A DNA stretch of 55,754 bases from Flavobacteriales bacterium (GCA_031371785.1 JANMKC010000190.1:1-55754), one strand, 5' to 3'; counted from the first letter of the stretch, positions 27,396 to 37,749 are shown. Notes: a model not told the origin generated them from the sequence alone. Numbers and translations: made by a program.

Positions 27396-27608
27396 ATGGC
27401 AGTGAAAGTGACGCGTAGCAAGAACGATGAGGTGGTGATCACCTTGTCCGGTGGTATCGAACCCGACGCGTTGCAGCGCGCGCTCGACTACCTCCGCTAT
27501 CTCGACCTTACAAAGGGAATGAAGGTGCCGCAAGCCGAGGTGGACAAGTTGGCCCGCGAGGTGAACGCCAGCATGGCCCGCAAACGCCGCAAGCGCGTCG
27601 CTTCGTGA
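27396..27608 (+). CDS. putative antitoxin
   Basis: 70 aa, GTGA-coupled to the PIN gene, preceded by a perfect TACTTTTG -7 element (27381-27388). Confidence 0.7.
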   Translation: MAVKVTRSKNDEVVITLSGGIEPDALQRALDYLRYLDLTKGMKVPQAEVDKLAREVNASMARKRRKRVAS

Positions 27609-28048
27609 AGCTGGTTGTAGACGCCAACATTGTGTTCAGCAGTCTGCTCCGGTCGGACAGCATTGTGGGTGATGTGTTCTTCAACTCGCACCCGCCACTT
27701 GATCTCTATGCGCCGGAACTTCTGCGGGAAGAGATCGCGGATCATCGCGCCAAATTGCTCAAGCTCAGCAAGCGGTCATCCCATACGATGCTCGAACTGG
27801 AGATGCTCTCATTGTCACGCATCACGTTCTTGAACGAGGGACTCATATCCACTGTGAACTGGGCCAAAGCGCGTGATATGATGACAGGGCTGGATGCTGA
27901 CGATGAGAACTACGTGGCGCTCGCCATTCATCTCGGTATCCCACTTTGGACCGGGGACAAGAAGTTGCTGCTCGGACTTCGCCGGAAAAAATTCGGCCTG
28001 CTTGTTTCCACCGCTGAGATCCCCGACATGATCCGCAAAGCCCAATGA
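27605..28048 (+). CDS. PIN-domain (VapC-like) toxin
   Basis: [24 protein letters not shown] and LWTGDKKL acidic motifs. Confidence 0.88.
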   Translation: MKLVVDANIVFSSLLRSDSIVGDVFFNSHPPLDLYAPELLREEIADHRAKLLKLSKRSSHTMLELEMLSLSRITFLNEGLISTVNWAKARDMMTGLDADDENYVALAIHLGIPLWTGDKKLLLGLRRKKFGLLVSTAEIPDMIRKAQ

Positions 28049-28503
28049 TCGACACAACAATGGACCACATCGCGGTCCGCATCGTCAACAAGAGCAAGCA
28101 CCCGCTCCCTTCCTACGCCACCGAGCACAGCGCGGGCATGGACCTGCGTGCCAACCTTGATGCGTCGATCATTCTCTCGCCGAACCAACGCGCGCTGATC
28201 CCTACGGGCCTCTTCCTCGAACTCCCCGAAGGCACCGAAGCGCAGGTGCGGCCGCGAAGCGGACTGGCTTTCAAACATGGTATCACCGTCCTCAACGCGC
28301 CCGGTACGATCGACGCGGATTATCGTGGCGAAGTGGGCGTGCTGCTCATCAATCTGGGCACCGAACCCTTCGAGGTGAAGGACGGCGAACGCATCGCGCA
28401 ATTGGTGGTGGCGAAGTACACGCGCATCACTTTGGCGGAAACTGATGACCTTCGCGCCTCGGAACGCGGTGCAGGTGGCTTCGGCCATACCGGAACGCGC
28501 TAG
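28045..28503 (+). CDS. dut: dUTP diphosphatase
   Basis: [40 protein letters not shown]. Confidence 0.97.
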   Translation: MIDTTMDHIAVRIVNKSKHPLPSYATEHSAGMDLRANLDASIILSPNQRALIPTGLFLELPEGTEAQVRPRSGLAFKHGITVLNAPGTIDADYRGEVGVLLINLGTEPFEVKDGERIAQLVVAKYTRITLAETDDLRASERGAGGFGHTGTR

Positions 28504-28518
28504 AGCTATCAGCACGGA

Positions 28519-29526
28519 ATGAAGATCATCGTACCCATGGCGGGGATGGGCAAGCGGATGCGTCCGCATACCCACACCACCGCAAAGCCTTTGCTGCCCA
28601 TCGCGGGCAAGCCCATCGTGCAACGCCTCGTGGAGGATCTGGCCGCTGTTGCCGGTGAGCCGGTGGAAGAAGTCGCTTATGTGACAAACCCCGCCTTCGG
28701 CAAGAAGGTGGAAGAAGAACTGATCGCCATCGCGAAAGGCGTGGGTGCGAAAGGCACCATCCACTACCAGGAGGTCGCGCTCGGCACCGCTCACGCCATC
28801 CTCTGCGCGCAAAGCGCATTGAACGGTCGCGTGATCGTCGCTTTCGCTGACACGCTCTTCCGCGCGCAATTGAAATTGGACAAGGACTGCGATGGTGTGA
28901 TCTGGGTGAACAAGGTGGAAGACCCCAAGCCCTTCGGCGTGGTGAAGCTCGACGACAAGGGTATCATCACAGAGTTCGTGGAGAAGCCACAGACCTTCGT
29001 GAGCGACCTCGCGATCATCGGCATCTACTACTTCGCCGATGGCGAATACCTCCGCAAGGAAATGCAGTTCTTGATCGACAACGACATCAAGGACAAGGGC
29101 GAGTACCAACTCACCAACGCGATGGAGAACATGAAGCGCAAAGGCGCGCGCTTCAAGGCCGGCAGCGTGGACGTATGGATGGACTGCGGGAACAAGAACG
29201 CGATGGTGGACACGAACACGAAAGTGCTCGGCTTCCTCAAGGGCGACAAGACGTTGGTCAGCGTGAAAGTGAAAAGCGAGAACAGCGTGATCATTCCTCC
29301 TTGCTTCATCGGCGATGATGTGACGATCACCAACAGCATCATCGGGCCGAACGTGAGTATTGAAAAGGGCGCGAACATCAGCGGCAGTGTTGTGAAGAAT
29401 TCGATCCTGCGCGGCAATACGCGTGTACAGGACTGCGTGATGGACAACAGCATGATCGGTGAGCGCGCCGTGGTAACCGGTCACGCATTGGACCTGAGCA
29501 TGAGCGACGACAGCACGATCGGCTGA
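28519..29526 (+). CDS. sugar-phosphate nucleotidyltransferase
   Basis: PMAGMGKRMRPHT..AKPLLPIAGKP, FVEKP, WMDCG; C-terminal left-handed beta-helix repeats. Confidence 0.9.
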   Translation: MKIIVPMAGMGKRMRPHTHTTAKPLLPIAGKPIVQRLVEDLAAVAGEPVEEVAYVTNPAFGKKVEEELIAIAKGVGAKGTIHYQEVALGTAHAILCAQSALNGRVIVAFADTLFRAQLKLDKDCDGVIWVNKVEDPKPFGVVKLDDKGIITEFVEKPQTFVSDLAIIGIYYFADGEYLRKEMQFLIDNDIKDKGEYQLTNAMENMKRKGARFKAGSVDVWMDCGNKNAMVDTNTKVLGFLKGDKTLVSVKVKSENSVIIPPCFIGDDVTITNSIIGPNVSIEKGANISGSVVKNSILRGNTRVQDCVMDNSMIGERAVVTGHALDLSMSDDSTIG

Positions 29527-29538
29527 CCTTTGTACCCT

Positions 29539-31308
29539 ATGCTCCGCACCTGCTCTCCGGCCCTGCTCCTGTCAATGCTCCTCTTCGCCTGCGGTGGGAG
29601 CAAACCTGTTGCGGAGAAAACGCGGGACTTCGAGGGGGCCGAAGCGACGCACCTGCAAACGGGCAAGAACAAGCGCGCGCTGGTGATGCGGCTCTATATG
29701 GAAGCGGAGCAGGCGCGTTTGAAGGGTGAACTCCCCAAGGCCATCCAGATCTATGAGGCCACACTGAAGGAAGATCCGCTGAACGGCGCCAGCATGTTCG
29801 AACTGGCCAAGCTCTATAACCAGGCGCAACAGCCGGAGGCCGCATTGGCCCTGGCGAAAAAGGCCGTAGCCACGGAGAAGGAGAACATCTGGTACCGATT
29901 CCTGCTTGCTGACATGAGTACCCAGAACGGCGACCTGGGCGGCGCAGCGAAAGCCTACCAGGAAATCGTGAACAAATGGCCCGATCGTACTGAGGTGTAC
30001 TTCGGTCTTGCCAATGCGCTCGCCCAACAGAAGAAGATCACCGAGGCGCGGCAGGTCTTCCGCGACATGGAGAAACGCTTCGGCAGCAGCGAGGAACTGG
30101 TGATGCGCGAGTACGACATGCTCGCCAACGCCGGACAAACACAGGCCGCACGTGAACTTCTGGAGAACGCGATCAAGCAGGACCCTGAACAAATGCAGTA
30201 CTACGGCATGCTCGCCGAGGTCTGCGAAACCCTTGGCGATACGGCACGGGCACGCGAACTCTATGAGAAGACCCTCGCCCATGATCCGGACGACAGCATG
30301 ACGCGCATCGCCCTCGCGCAGTTCTACTACAACCAAGGGCATATCGCCGCAGGATTCCAGCAACTGCGCGTGGCCTTCGCTGATCCCGATCTCGACATCG
30401 ACCCGAAGATGCAATTGCTCCTGGGCTTCTATGAGATGACGGGGCGGGCGGGCGATACGTCATCGATGGATCTCGTGCAGCAGAGCCATGCGCTGATCGA
30501 CGAGTTGAAGAAGGCGCATCCGCAGAGCGGGAAACCCTACAGCATCGAAGGCGATTTTTTTTCGCGTGAAGGCCGGAAGAAGGAAGCGCGAGATGCGTTC
30601 GCCAAGGCGATCACGTATGAGCAGGACAAGTTCCCCATTTGGTCGGCGCTCCTGCAACTGGATGCGCAATTGAACGACTATCCCGCGTTGAACGAACACG
30701 CGCAAAAGGCCATAGAGCTCTTTCCCACGCAACCGGAATTCCACCTCTACGGCGGCATAGCATTGAGCCAGTTGAAGAAATACGATGAGGCCATCGAGGC
30801 GCTTGTCACCGGGCGCGATCTGGTGGTGGACAACAAACAACTGGAAGGTCAGTTCTGGAGCTCGCTCGGGGATGCCTACAACGAAACCAAGGACCATGAA
30901 AAGAGCGACGCCGCATACGACAAGGCGCTCGCGATAAACGGCGACGACGTGACCGTGCTGAACAATTACGCCTACTACCTGAGCGAACGCGGAGACAAAC
31001 TGGACAAGGCCGAGCAGATGAGCCACAAGGCCAATGACCTGCAGCCCGGTGTCGCCACCTATATCGACACCTACGCATGGGTGCTGTACAAGCAGGGCAA
31101 ATACGCGGAAGCACGGACCCAACAGGAGAAAGCCATCGCTGCACAAAGTGGTGCGGGTGAAGGCGTGCTCGTAGAACACCTCGGCGACATCCTCTTCAAA
31201 CTGGGCGACAGTTCCGGCGCAATGGAGCAGTGGAAAAAAGCCAAGAGCCTGGGCGGTGCGAGCGAACTGATCGACAGGAAAGTCACCGAAGGCAAGCTGG
31301 TGGAATGA
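29539..31308 (+). CDS. tetratricopeptide-repeat lipoprotein
   Basis: Lipobox LFAC, serial TPRs, VLNNYAYYL and DTYAWVLY. Confidence 0.88.
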   Translation: MLRTCSPALLLSMLLFACGGSKPVAEKTRDFEGAEATHLQTGKNKRALVMRLYMEAEQARLKGELPKAIQIYEATLKEDPLNGASMFELAKLYNQAQQPEAALALAKKAVATEKENIWYRFLLADMSTQNGDLGGAAKAYQEIVNKWPDRTEVYFGLANALAQQKKITEARQVFRDMEKRFGSSEELVMREYDMLANAGQTQAARELLENAIKQDPEQMQYYGMLAEVCETLGDTARARELYEKTLAHDPDDSMTRIALAQFYYNQGHIAAGFQQLRVAFADPDLDIDPKMQLLLGFYEMTGRAGDTSSMDLVQQSHALIDELKKAHPQSGKPYSIEGDFFSREGRKKEARDAFAKAITYEQDKFPIWSALLQLDAQLNDYPALNEHAQKAIELFPTQPEFHLYGGIALSQLKKYDEAIEALVTGRDLVVDNKQLEGQFWSSLGDAYNETKDHEKSDAAYDKALAINGDDVTVLNNYAYYLSERGDKLDKAEQMSHKANDLQPGVATYIDTYAWVLYKQGKYAEARTQQEKAIAAQSGAGEGVLVEHLGDILFKLGDSSGAMEQWKKAKSLGGASELIDRKVTEGKLVE

Positions 31309-32195
31309 ACCGGGCAACACGCTCCGGCCTCTGGATCTGCGCTGCGCTGCTCGCGGCCTGTCATCCGCGCCAGCAAACCGTGCAGGTGGTGCGCGATATC
31401 CCGGCCCGCGGTCCGGAGAAACTATTGGACAGCTTGCGCGCGCATCGGATCACGGATGTCCGGTACTTCAGCGCCAAGGCCGATGTGGACATGAAGGACA
31501 GCACGGGCTCGCGCAGTTTCAAGGCGCATGTGCGCTGCGTGATGGACAGCGCCGCGTGGATCAGCGTGGTGCCGCTGCTGGGGATCGAAGTGGCACGTGC
31601 GCTGCTCACGGTCGATTCGCTGAAGATGCTCGACAAGCTGGGCGATCATTTCTGGATCGGCGACACTGCGCAGGCGAAGAAGAAATTCGGCCTGCGGCCT
31701 GAACTGGGCCTCTTCCAACAAGCGCTGCTCGGCGAACCCATCGACCTGGAGCCGGACGAAAAATACAAGAGCGACCGTGAGGACGGACAGTACACGCTCA
31801 CCAACAAAGAGCGGCGGCGCTTCCGCCGCGCCGCCGAGGATCTTGCCATCGACGACACGTTGCCCGACGATAAGGACATGAGCGAGCGCCGACTGGAACG
31901 CACGCTGCGGAAAGCGGGAAAGAAGGACGCTATCGTGTACAAGTACTGGATCGAACCGGACAGCTTCCAAGTAACGCGCGTATTGATCGTTGATCTGGCA
32001 CATGATCAACAAGCGGACGTGCGTTATTCAGAGCGGATACGCGTGAATGGTCGATCACTGCCCGGCCGCATCAGCCTTTCTTTGTCGGACCCCCACCGCC
32101 GCGTGGATGCCACACTGTCACTGGACCGCATAAGTCTTGATGGACCCCTCCAGCTCAACTTCAGGATCCCGGAGAAGTTCACGCCCATGCCGTAG
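31305..32195 (+). CDS. DUF4292 domain lipoprotein
   Basis: Lipobox LAAC, WISV..LLGIEVARALLT.DS, terminal FRIP.KF; synteny. Confidence 0.8.
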   Translation: MNRATRSGLWICAALLAACHPRQQTVQVVRDIPARGPEKLLDSLRAHRITDVRYFSAKADVDMKDSTGSRSFKAHVRCVMDSAAWISVVPLLGIEVARALLTVDSLKMLDKLGDHFWIGDTAQAKKKFGLRPELGLFQQALLGEPIDLEPDEKYKSDREDGQYTLTNKERRRFRRAAEDLAIDDTLPDDKDMSERRLERTLRKAGKKDAIVYKYWIEPDSFQVTRVLIVDLAHDQQADVRYSERIRVNGRSLPGRISLSLSDPHRRVDATLSLDRISLDGPLQLNFRIPEKFTPMP

Positions 32196-32211
32196 ATCTT
32201 GGGTCGGGGCG

Positions 32212-33453
32212 CTGCATGCATCGCCCGTTCGGGTTCTCGTGTTCCTGTTCCTGCTCCTGCCTCTTCTTTCTTCCGCGCAGAGCCGTAAGGACTTGGAGAA
32301 GAAGCGCGACCAGCTCGACAAGCAGATCAAGACCACCACCGCGCTGATCGATGCGGCCCAGAAGGAACAGAAAGCCACGCAACAACAACTGCAGTTGCTG
32401 CAAGCGCAGATCCAACAACGCCAAGAGCTGATCAACACGATGAACAGTGAAGTGTTCCGCGTGGACCAGGAGATCGCCGAAACGGAGGACGTCGTGAGTT
32501 CGCTCGAAACCGACCTCGCGAAACTGAAGGACGAATACGCGCGCATGGTCCAGTATGCCTACATGAACCGGAATTCGTACGACCGTCTCAGCTACATCTT
32601 CGCCGCCGAAAGTTTCCAGCAGGCCTTCAAGCGTTCGCGCTACCTCGATCAGCTTGCGGAACAGCGCCGCCAACAAGCTGCGTTGATAGCGGAAACACAG
32701 GTGGGCCTCGAAAAGAAGGCCGATGACCTGAAAGGCCGACGTAAGGAGAAAGTGAGCCTTCTGAGCGCACAATTGCAGGAGAAGAAGAAGCTCACCACCG
32801 ATCGCAGCGGCCACGAAAGCGCACTGACCGGGCTGAAGAAGGAGGAAGGCAAATTGCGAGAGACCATGCACCGGCAGGAGCGTCAGCGCACTGATCTGGC
32901 GGCGGCGATCCGCAAAGCCATCGAAACGGAGATCGCCCGATCGTCGAAGACCTCCACCAAGAGCACTTCGAGCAAAGGCTCAGCGGCGAGGCCCGAATTC
33001 CTGCTCACCCCGGAGGCCAAGGAACTCGGCAACGACTTCGAGAAGAACAAGGGTAAACTTCCTTGGCCGGTATCGAAGGGCACCATCACCAGCGGCTTCG
33101 GCAAGCAACCGCACCCGGTGCTGAAGGGCATCACCATCGAGAACAACGGCATCGATATCGGCTGCGAGAAGAGCGCAAGTGTGAGGGCCATCTTCCGTGG
33201 CGAGGTGAGCAGCGTGATCGTGATCCCCGGTGCGGGCAAGGCCGTAGTGCTGAGCCACGGTGCCTACCGCACGGTATACAGCAACCTGCGCGAAGTGAGC
33301 GTGAGCAAGGGCCAGAAGGTGGATACCAAGCAGGCCGTAGGCACGGTGATGACCGATGACGATGGATCCACCGCCCACATCGAGATCTGGAAGATCACCG
33401 GCGATGGTGATCTGGTGAAAGTGGATCCCGCCCAGTGGATATTCCAGGAGTGA
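32212..33453 (+). CDS. EnvC-like murein hydrolase activator (coiled coil + degenerate M23)
   Basis: Long coiled coil, FEKNKGKLPWPV, NNGIDI, HGAYRTVYSNL. Start uncertain (CTG 32212 or GTG 32239). Confidence 0.85.
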   Translation: MHASPVRVLVFLFLLLPLLSSAQSRKDLEKKRDQLDKQIKTTTALIDAAQKEQKATQQQLQLLQAQIQQRQELINTMNSEVFRVDQEIAETEDVVSSLETDLAKLKDEYARMVQYAYMNRNSYDRLSYIFAAESFQQAFKRSRYLDQLAEQRRQQAALIAETQVGLEKKADDLKGRRKEKVSLLSAQLQEKKKLTTDRSGHESALTGLKKEEGKLRETMHRQERQRTDLAAAIRKAIETEIARSSKTSTKSTSSKGSAARPEFLLTPEAKELGNDFEKNKGKLPWPVSKGTITSGFGKQPHPVLKGITIENNGIDIGCEKSASVRAIFRGEVSSVIVIPGAGKAVVLSHGAYRTVYSNLREVSVSKGQKVDTKQAVGTVMTDDDGSTAHIEIWKITGDGDLVKVDPAQWIFQE

Positions 33454-33459
33454 GCGACC

Positions 33460-34005
33460 ATGGTCTGGCGCGCTTTCAAATGGGTCTGTGCCATTATGGT
33501 CGTCATCATTGTTGTCCTCTGGCTTTCACGAGGCACCATCTATAGAGCCTGCTTTCACTATGAGGTATTGCGGGAACGGAACGTAGTCGGTGCCAACTCA
33601 TTGACATTCGAACCCAAGCGAGCGGATGACATCAATGGCTGCATCAATACAGCGTTAGAGGAGACTTCCTGCTCACTCCGGTTCACCACTGGAAAAGCTG
33701 AGAGCAGACCGGATCGAGCGCTTGTGAGCGGAAAGGCCAATTGCATCGGCTATGCCGCTTTGTTCAAAGCCAGGTGCGACGCGTGCTTGAAGGATTCCGG
33801 CATGGACAAGGAATGGACCGTGCACCAAGAGGTAGCAGAGATCCACTGGGGTTCATTCAATATCCACTTGCTCTTCAAGTCGTCGTTCTGGAAAGACCAT
33901 GATATTGATTTGATCGAGAACAAACGAACGGGCGAGCGGATCTTCGTCGACCCAACGCTCTATGACACTATCGGAGTCGACCGGATAACCGGCCCGTCGA
34001 ACTGA
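33460..34005 (+). CDS. hypothetical membrane-anchored protein, transglutaminase-like
   Basis: N-terminal TM; ANCIGYA, DHD and FVDPT suggest a Cys-His-Asp triad; more AT-rich. Confidence 0.6.
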   Translation: MVWRAFKWVCAIMVVIIVVLWLSRGTIYRACFHYEVLRERNVVGANSLTFEPKRADDINGCINTALEETSCSLRFTTGKAESRPDRALVSGKANCIGYAALFKARCDACLKDSGMDKEWTVHQEVAEIHWGSFNIHLLFKSSFWKDHDIDLIENKRTGERIFVDPTLYDTIGVDRITGPSN

Positions 34006-34060
34006 CTACCTTCGCCGCGCGGAACCGGCCCGGCACTTTTGGCCATTGCCGCTATCGATC

Positions 34061-34225
34061 ATGAGCAAAATCGGCCCAACTGAGATCATCCTCATCCTGG
34101 TGATCGTCCTGCTGTTCTTCGGCGGAAAAAAGATCCCTGAAATGATGCGTGGCCTGGGCAAGGGCATGAAGGAGTTCAAGGATGCCCAAAAGGACGATCC
34201 TGCTCCGCCTTCGAACCCGTCGTAG
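34061..34225 (+). CDS. tatA: twin-arginine translocase TatA/TatE subunit
   Basis: Not in the track; [43 protein letters not shown]... Confidence 0.93.
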   Translation: MSKIGPTEIILILVIVLLFFGGKKIPEMMRGLGKGMKEFKDAQKDDPAPPSNPS

Positions 34226-34243
34226 TTGGCTGCGGCCCGCACG

Positions 34244-35659
34244 ATGTCTTCCTCCCCGCTTACGCTCCGTGAGGCACAGGCCGCATTGGTCAATGGCAGT
34301 ACTTCGGTTCTCGACCTGACGCGTGCCGCTTTCGACCGCGCACGCTCGCATGCGCACCTGAACATCTTCCTCGAACTCTTTGATGCAAGCGCGCTGGCCA
34401 AAGCCGCCGAGGTGGATGCGAAACGCAGCGCCGGGAACGCCGGCCCGCTCGCCGGTGCCATCGTCAGCCTGAAGGACAATCTCTGTTACAAAGGACACAA
34501 GGTCTCTGCCGCTTCGAAGATCCTCGAAGGTTTTGTGAGTCCTTACAGTGCGACCGTAGTCGAGCGCATGCTCGCTGCGGATGCGGTGATCATCGGCCGC
34601 ACGAACTGCGACGAGTTCGCCATGGGCAGCAGCAACGAGAACAGCGCTTACGGCAACGTGGGCAATCCGCTGGATGCATCCAAAGTCCCGGGGGGCAGCA
34701 GTGGTGGTGCGGCATCCAGCGTGGCGGCGGGCATCTGCAACATAGCGCTCGGCAGCGACACGGGGGGCAGCATCCGGCAGCCCGCGTCCTTCTGCGGCGT
34801 GCTCGGTTTCAAACCCACGTATGGGCGCGTTAGCCGCTATGGCCTGATCGCCTTTGCCAGTTCATTCGATCAGATCGGTCCGTTCGCACACACTGCGGAG
34901 GACGCGCTGGCCGTGCATCGCGTGATCGCGGGGCATGATCCGCTGGACAATACGAGCAGTGTCAGGGAAGTCGGCAGTAGCAGCAGGCAGGCTGCAGCTG
35001 GGACGTTGCGCATCGCTTACTACCGTGAGTGCTTGGAGCGACCGGGGCTGGATCCGGAGATCAAGGCGCACATGATCAAGCGGATCGAACGCTTGAAGGC
35101 GCAAGGGCATACGGTGGAACCGATCGAGCTTCCAATGCTGGACCACTTGGTGCCGACCTATTACATCCTGGCCACCGCTGAAGCCAGCAGCAACTTGGCA
35201 CGCTTCGATGGCATTCGGTATGGCCACCGCAGCAAGGAGGCCAAGGGCGTGGATGATACCTATCGTCGTAGTCGCTCGGAAGGCTTTGGGGCGGAAGTGA
35301 AGCGCCGGATCCTGTTGGGCACCTTCGTACTGAGCGCTGGCTATTACGATGCATACTATGCGCAAGGCATGCGCGTGCGTCGCCTGATCCGTGACAACAC
35401 GCTCAAGGCTTTCGAGACCTTCGACCTGGTGATGACGCCCACCTGTCCCAGCACCGCGTTCGGCCACGGCGAGATCAGCGATCCGGTAGCGATGTACTTG
35501 CAGGATATCTTCACGGTGCAGGCCAATCTGGCGGGCGTTCCCGCCGTCAGCATTCCTACGGGCACGCACAGCAATGGCCTGCCGTTCGGCACGCAGCTGA
35601 TGGCGAAGCCCTTCGATGATGAGCGCTTGTTGCGCCTCGCGCACCAATTGTTCGTTTAG
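34244..35659 (+). CDS. gatA: Asp/Glu-tRNA amidotransferase subunit A
   Basis: KDN, DEFAMGSS.E, PGGSSGG, GSDTGGSIRQPA, EASSNLARFDG, EVKRRILLGTFVLSAGYYDAYY. Confidence 0.95.
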   Translation: MSSSPLTLREAQAALVNGSTSVLDLTRAAFDRARSHAHLNIFLELFDASALAKAAEVDAKRSAGNAGPLAGAIVSLKDNLCYKGHKVSAASKILEGFVSPYSATVVERMLAADAVIIGRTNCDEFAMGSSNENSAYGNVGNPLDASKVPGGSSGGAASSVAAGICNIALGSDTGGSIRQPASFCGVLGFKPTYGRVSRYGLIAFASSFDQIGPFAHTAEDALAVHRVIAGHDPLDNTSSVREVGSSSRQAAAGTLRIAYYRECLERPGLDPEIKAHMIKRIERLKAQGHTVEPIELPMLDHLVPTYYILATAEASSNLARFDGIRYGHRSKEAKGVDDTYRRSRSEGFGAEVKRRILLGTFVLSAGYYDAYYAQGMRVRRLIRDNTLKAFETFDLVMTPTCPSTAFGHGEISDPVAMYLQDIFTVQANLAGVPAVSIPTGTHSNGLPFGTQLMAKPFDDERLLRLAHQLFV

Positions 35660-35809
35660 TTCCGTTACCCCCTCAGACCGTATGTCCGTTGGTTGGCTTT
35701 ATGTGTCTGTTCTTGTCGTTCATCGAAGTCGCCGTTCACATCCGATCGTTGACCGCTCCTTAGAACCATGCTGGCCGCGCCGCGTATGAACCCTACTTTT
35801 CGCCCCCTG

Positions 35810-37300
35810 ATGTTCAGACCCAGCCTTTTTGCCCTCGCGTTCGCGCTTCCCGCTTGGGTTTGTGCCCAGAACCCCGTGCCTGCGGATGACGCCGTGCTGG
35901 AACGGCTCAACGCGCTGAGCCAACTGCCCTGGTTGAAGAACGATCCGTTCGTCACCGATGTGGCGCAGCTCAACGTTCACCACTTCGCCGCGACCGACAC
36001 ACCGAGCTACTCCCCGGAGATGATCCGACAGCGACTGTCCATTCTGGATGAGCGCACACCGTTCAAGCTCACCTACAACGAGCCGGTGCAATCCTACATT
36101 GACCTCTATACCAGACGCAAGCGTGAGCAGACCGCACGCATGATGGGTCTTGCCCAGCTATACTTCCCGGTGTTCGAAGAAGCGCTGGACCGCTATGGCC
36201 TTCCACAGGAGCTGAAGTACTTGGCGGTTGTCGAAAGCGCACTTTATCCTGGAGCCCGGTCGCGCGCCTCGGCTGTGGGCCTGTGGCAGTTCATGATCGG
36301 CACGGGCAAATTGTACGGGCTGCATGTTGACAGCTACGTGGATGAGCGATGTGACATCTACCAGAGCACCGATGCGGCCTGCCGTTATTTGAAGGATCTC
36401 CATTCCATCTTCGGTAACTGGGAGCTTGCGCTGGCCGCCTACAACTGCGGGCCCGGTAACGTGAACAAGGCCGTGCGCCGCGCAGGTGGAACGCTGGACT
36501 ATTGGGCCATCTATTCCTACCTGCCCCGGGAAACACGCGGCTACGTGCCCGCCTTCATCGCGGTGAATTACATCTTCAACCACGCGGCCGATCACAACAT
36601 GTACCCGGTGATCCCGAACTACTGTTCCTACGAAGTGGACACCGTGCAAGTATGCTACCCGCTCACCTTGGAGAAACTCGCGGAGATCACCGGCGGAAAC
36701 GCCCAGGAACTGATCGATCTGAACCCGATGTTCAAGCGCGGCGTGGTGCCCGATGTGGAACAGTCGGCTACCGTGTACCTGCCACGCTCGCTCGTGAGCA
36801 ATTTCATCGATAACGAGGATCAGCTCCACTACAGCTACGTGCCCGACATGAGCACCCCCGCACCGGCCGGTCGCCAAGCGCATGTGCGAGGCGCGGAGAT
36901 CGATGCGACGTCGGAGCGCACACATGTGGTGCGGCGTGGTGAATCGCTCGGCACCATAGCCCGCAAGCATCGCGTGAGCCTCGGCGATCTGCGCGCATGG
37001 AACAATTTGCACAACGATCGCCTTCGTGCCGGGCAACGGCTTGTGGTGATGATGGCCAAACCCGTTTCCTCCGCATCGCAACGCGCGGAGAAGGCCGCGA
37101 TCGACCAACAGGTGAGCGCCGACGCGAAATCGCCTGTGGCCTACATCTATCACATCGTGCAGCCCGGAGATACACTTTGGGGCATCGCCCAACACTATCC
37201 CGGTACGACCGTGGCGGAGATCAGGCGTTTGAACGGCGACATGAACCTGCGCAAGCTCGTGGTGGGGAAGAAATTGAAGGTCGGCGTGCAGAAGAGCTGA
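35810..37300 (+). CDS. mltD: lytic murein transglycosylase with two LysM domains (MltD-like)
   Basis: LAVVES, GLWQFM, AAYNCG, ETRGYV, HVVRRGESL, HIVQPGDTLW. Confidence 0.88.
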   Translation: MFRPSLFALAFALPAWVCAQNPVPADDAVLERLNALSQLPWLKNDPFVTDVAQLNVHHFAATDTPSYSPEMIRQRLSILDERTPFKLTYNEPVQSYIDLYTRRKREQTARMMGLAQLYFPVFEEALDRYGLPQELKYLAVVESALYPGARSRASAVGLWQFMIGTGKLYGLHVDSYVDERCDIYQSTDAACRYLKDLHSIFGNWELALAAYNCGPGNVNKAVRRAGGTLDYWAIYSYLPRETRGYVPAFIAVNYIFNHAADHNMYPVIPNYCSYEVDTVQVCYPLTLEKLAEITGGNAQELIDLNPMFKRGVVPDVEQSATVYLPRSLVSNFIDNEDQLHYSYVPDMSTPAPAGRQAHVRGAEIDATSERTHVVRRGESLGTIARKHRVSLGDLRAWNNLHNDRLRAGQRLVVMMAKPVSSASQRAEKAAIDQQVSADAKSPVAYIYHIVQPGDTLWGIAQHYPGTTVAEIRRLNGDMNLRKLVVGKKLKVGVQKS

Positions 37301-37306
37301 TCCCGA

Positions 37307-37340
37307 GCGGCTACGATCCAAGAGTGGTCGCCTTTTTCTT
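37307..37340 (+). terminator. possible intrinsic terminator after mltD
   Basis: GCGGCTAC/GTGGTCGC stem (with G-U pairs) followed by CTTTTTCTT. Confidence 0.5.
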
Positions 37341-37518
37341 CGTGTTCCGCACATTCCCGTCTTCCCATTGACGATCAGGCAATAGCCGCGCGATCGATCC
37401 CGTTTTTCACACAGGTCGTCGCTGTATGTTCATAATTCGACGAGCGTATCACCCGCGTCGTCGTCTACTTTGCGGAGGCCCTTCCGACAGATTCCCCGTC
37501 AACTCCCAGCCTTCCGTC

Positions 37519-37749
37519 ATGGATCTCACACGCATCCGACCTTACGCGCACAAGCACTGCCGTTTCAAGCTGCGCAATGGAAAGGAGGTGTTCGGTGTGA
37601 TCTGGGAAGTGGAAGCTGCGGAGAAGCGCACACTTTTCTTCGCCAGCATAGGTGACTATGAGCGCTTGCAGCGCGACCCGAAGAAGCCCGTGAGCGTGAT
37701 CGACATGCAGCCCGAAGAGATCATGGCTGTGGAGAGCATCGCTTCCTGA
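37519..37749 (+). CDS. small hypothetical protein, possible Sm/SH3-like fold
   Basis: 76 aa with host-like codon usage; CRFKLRNGKEVFGVIWEVE. Confidence 0.7.
   Translation: MDLTRIRPYAHKHCRFKLRNGKEVFGVIWEVEAAEKRTLFFASIGDYERLQRDPKKPVSVIDMQPEEIMAVESIAS

Noticed and set aside
36860-36882. PAGRQA peptide in mltD resembling the translated CCTGCCGGCAGGCAGG repeat
   Set aside because: The DNA (CCGGCCGGTCGCCAAGCG) does not retain that repeat sequence.
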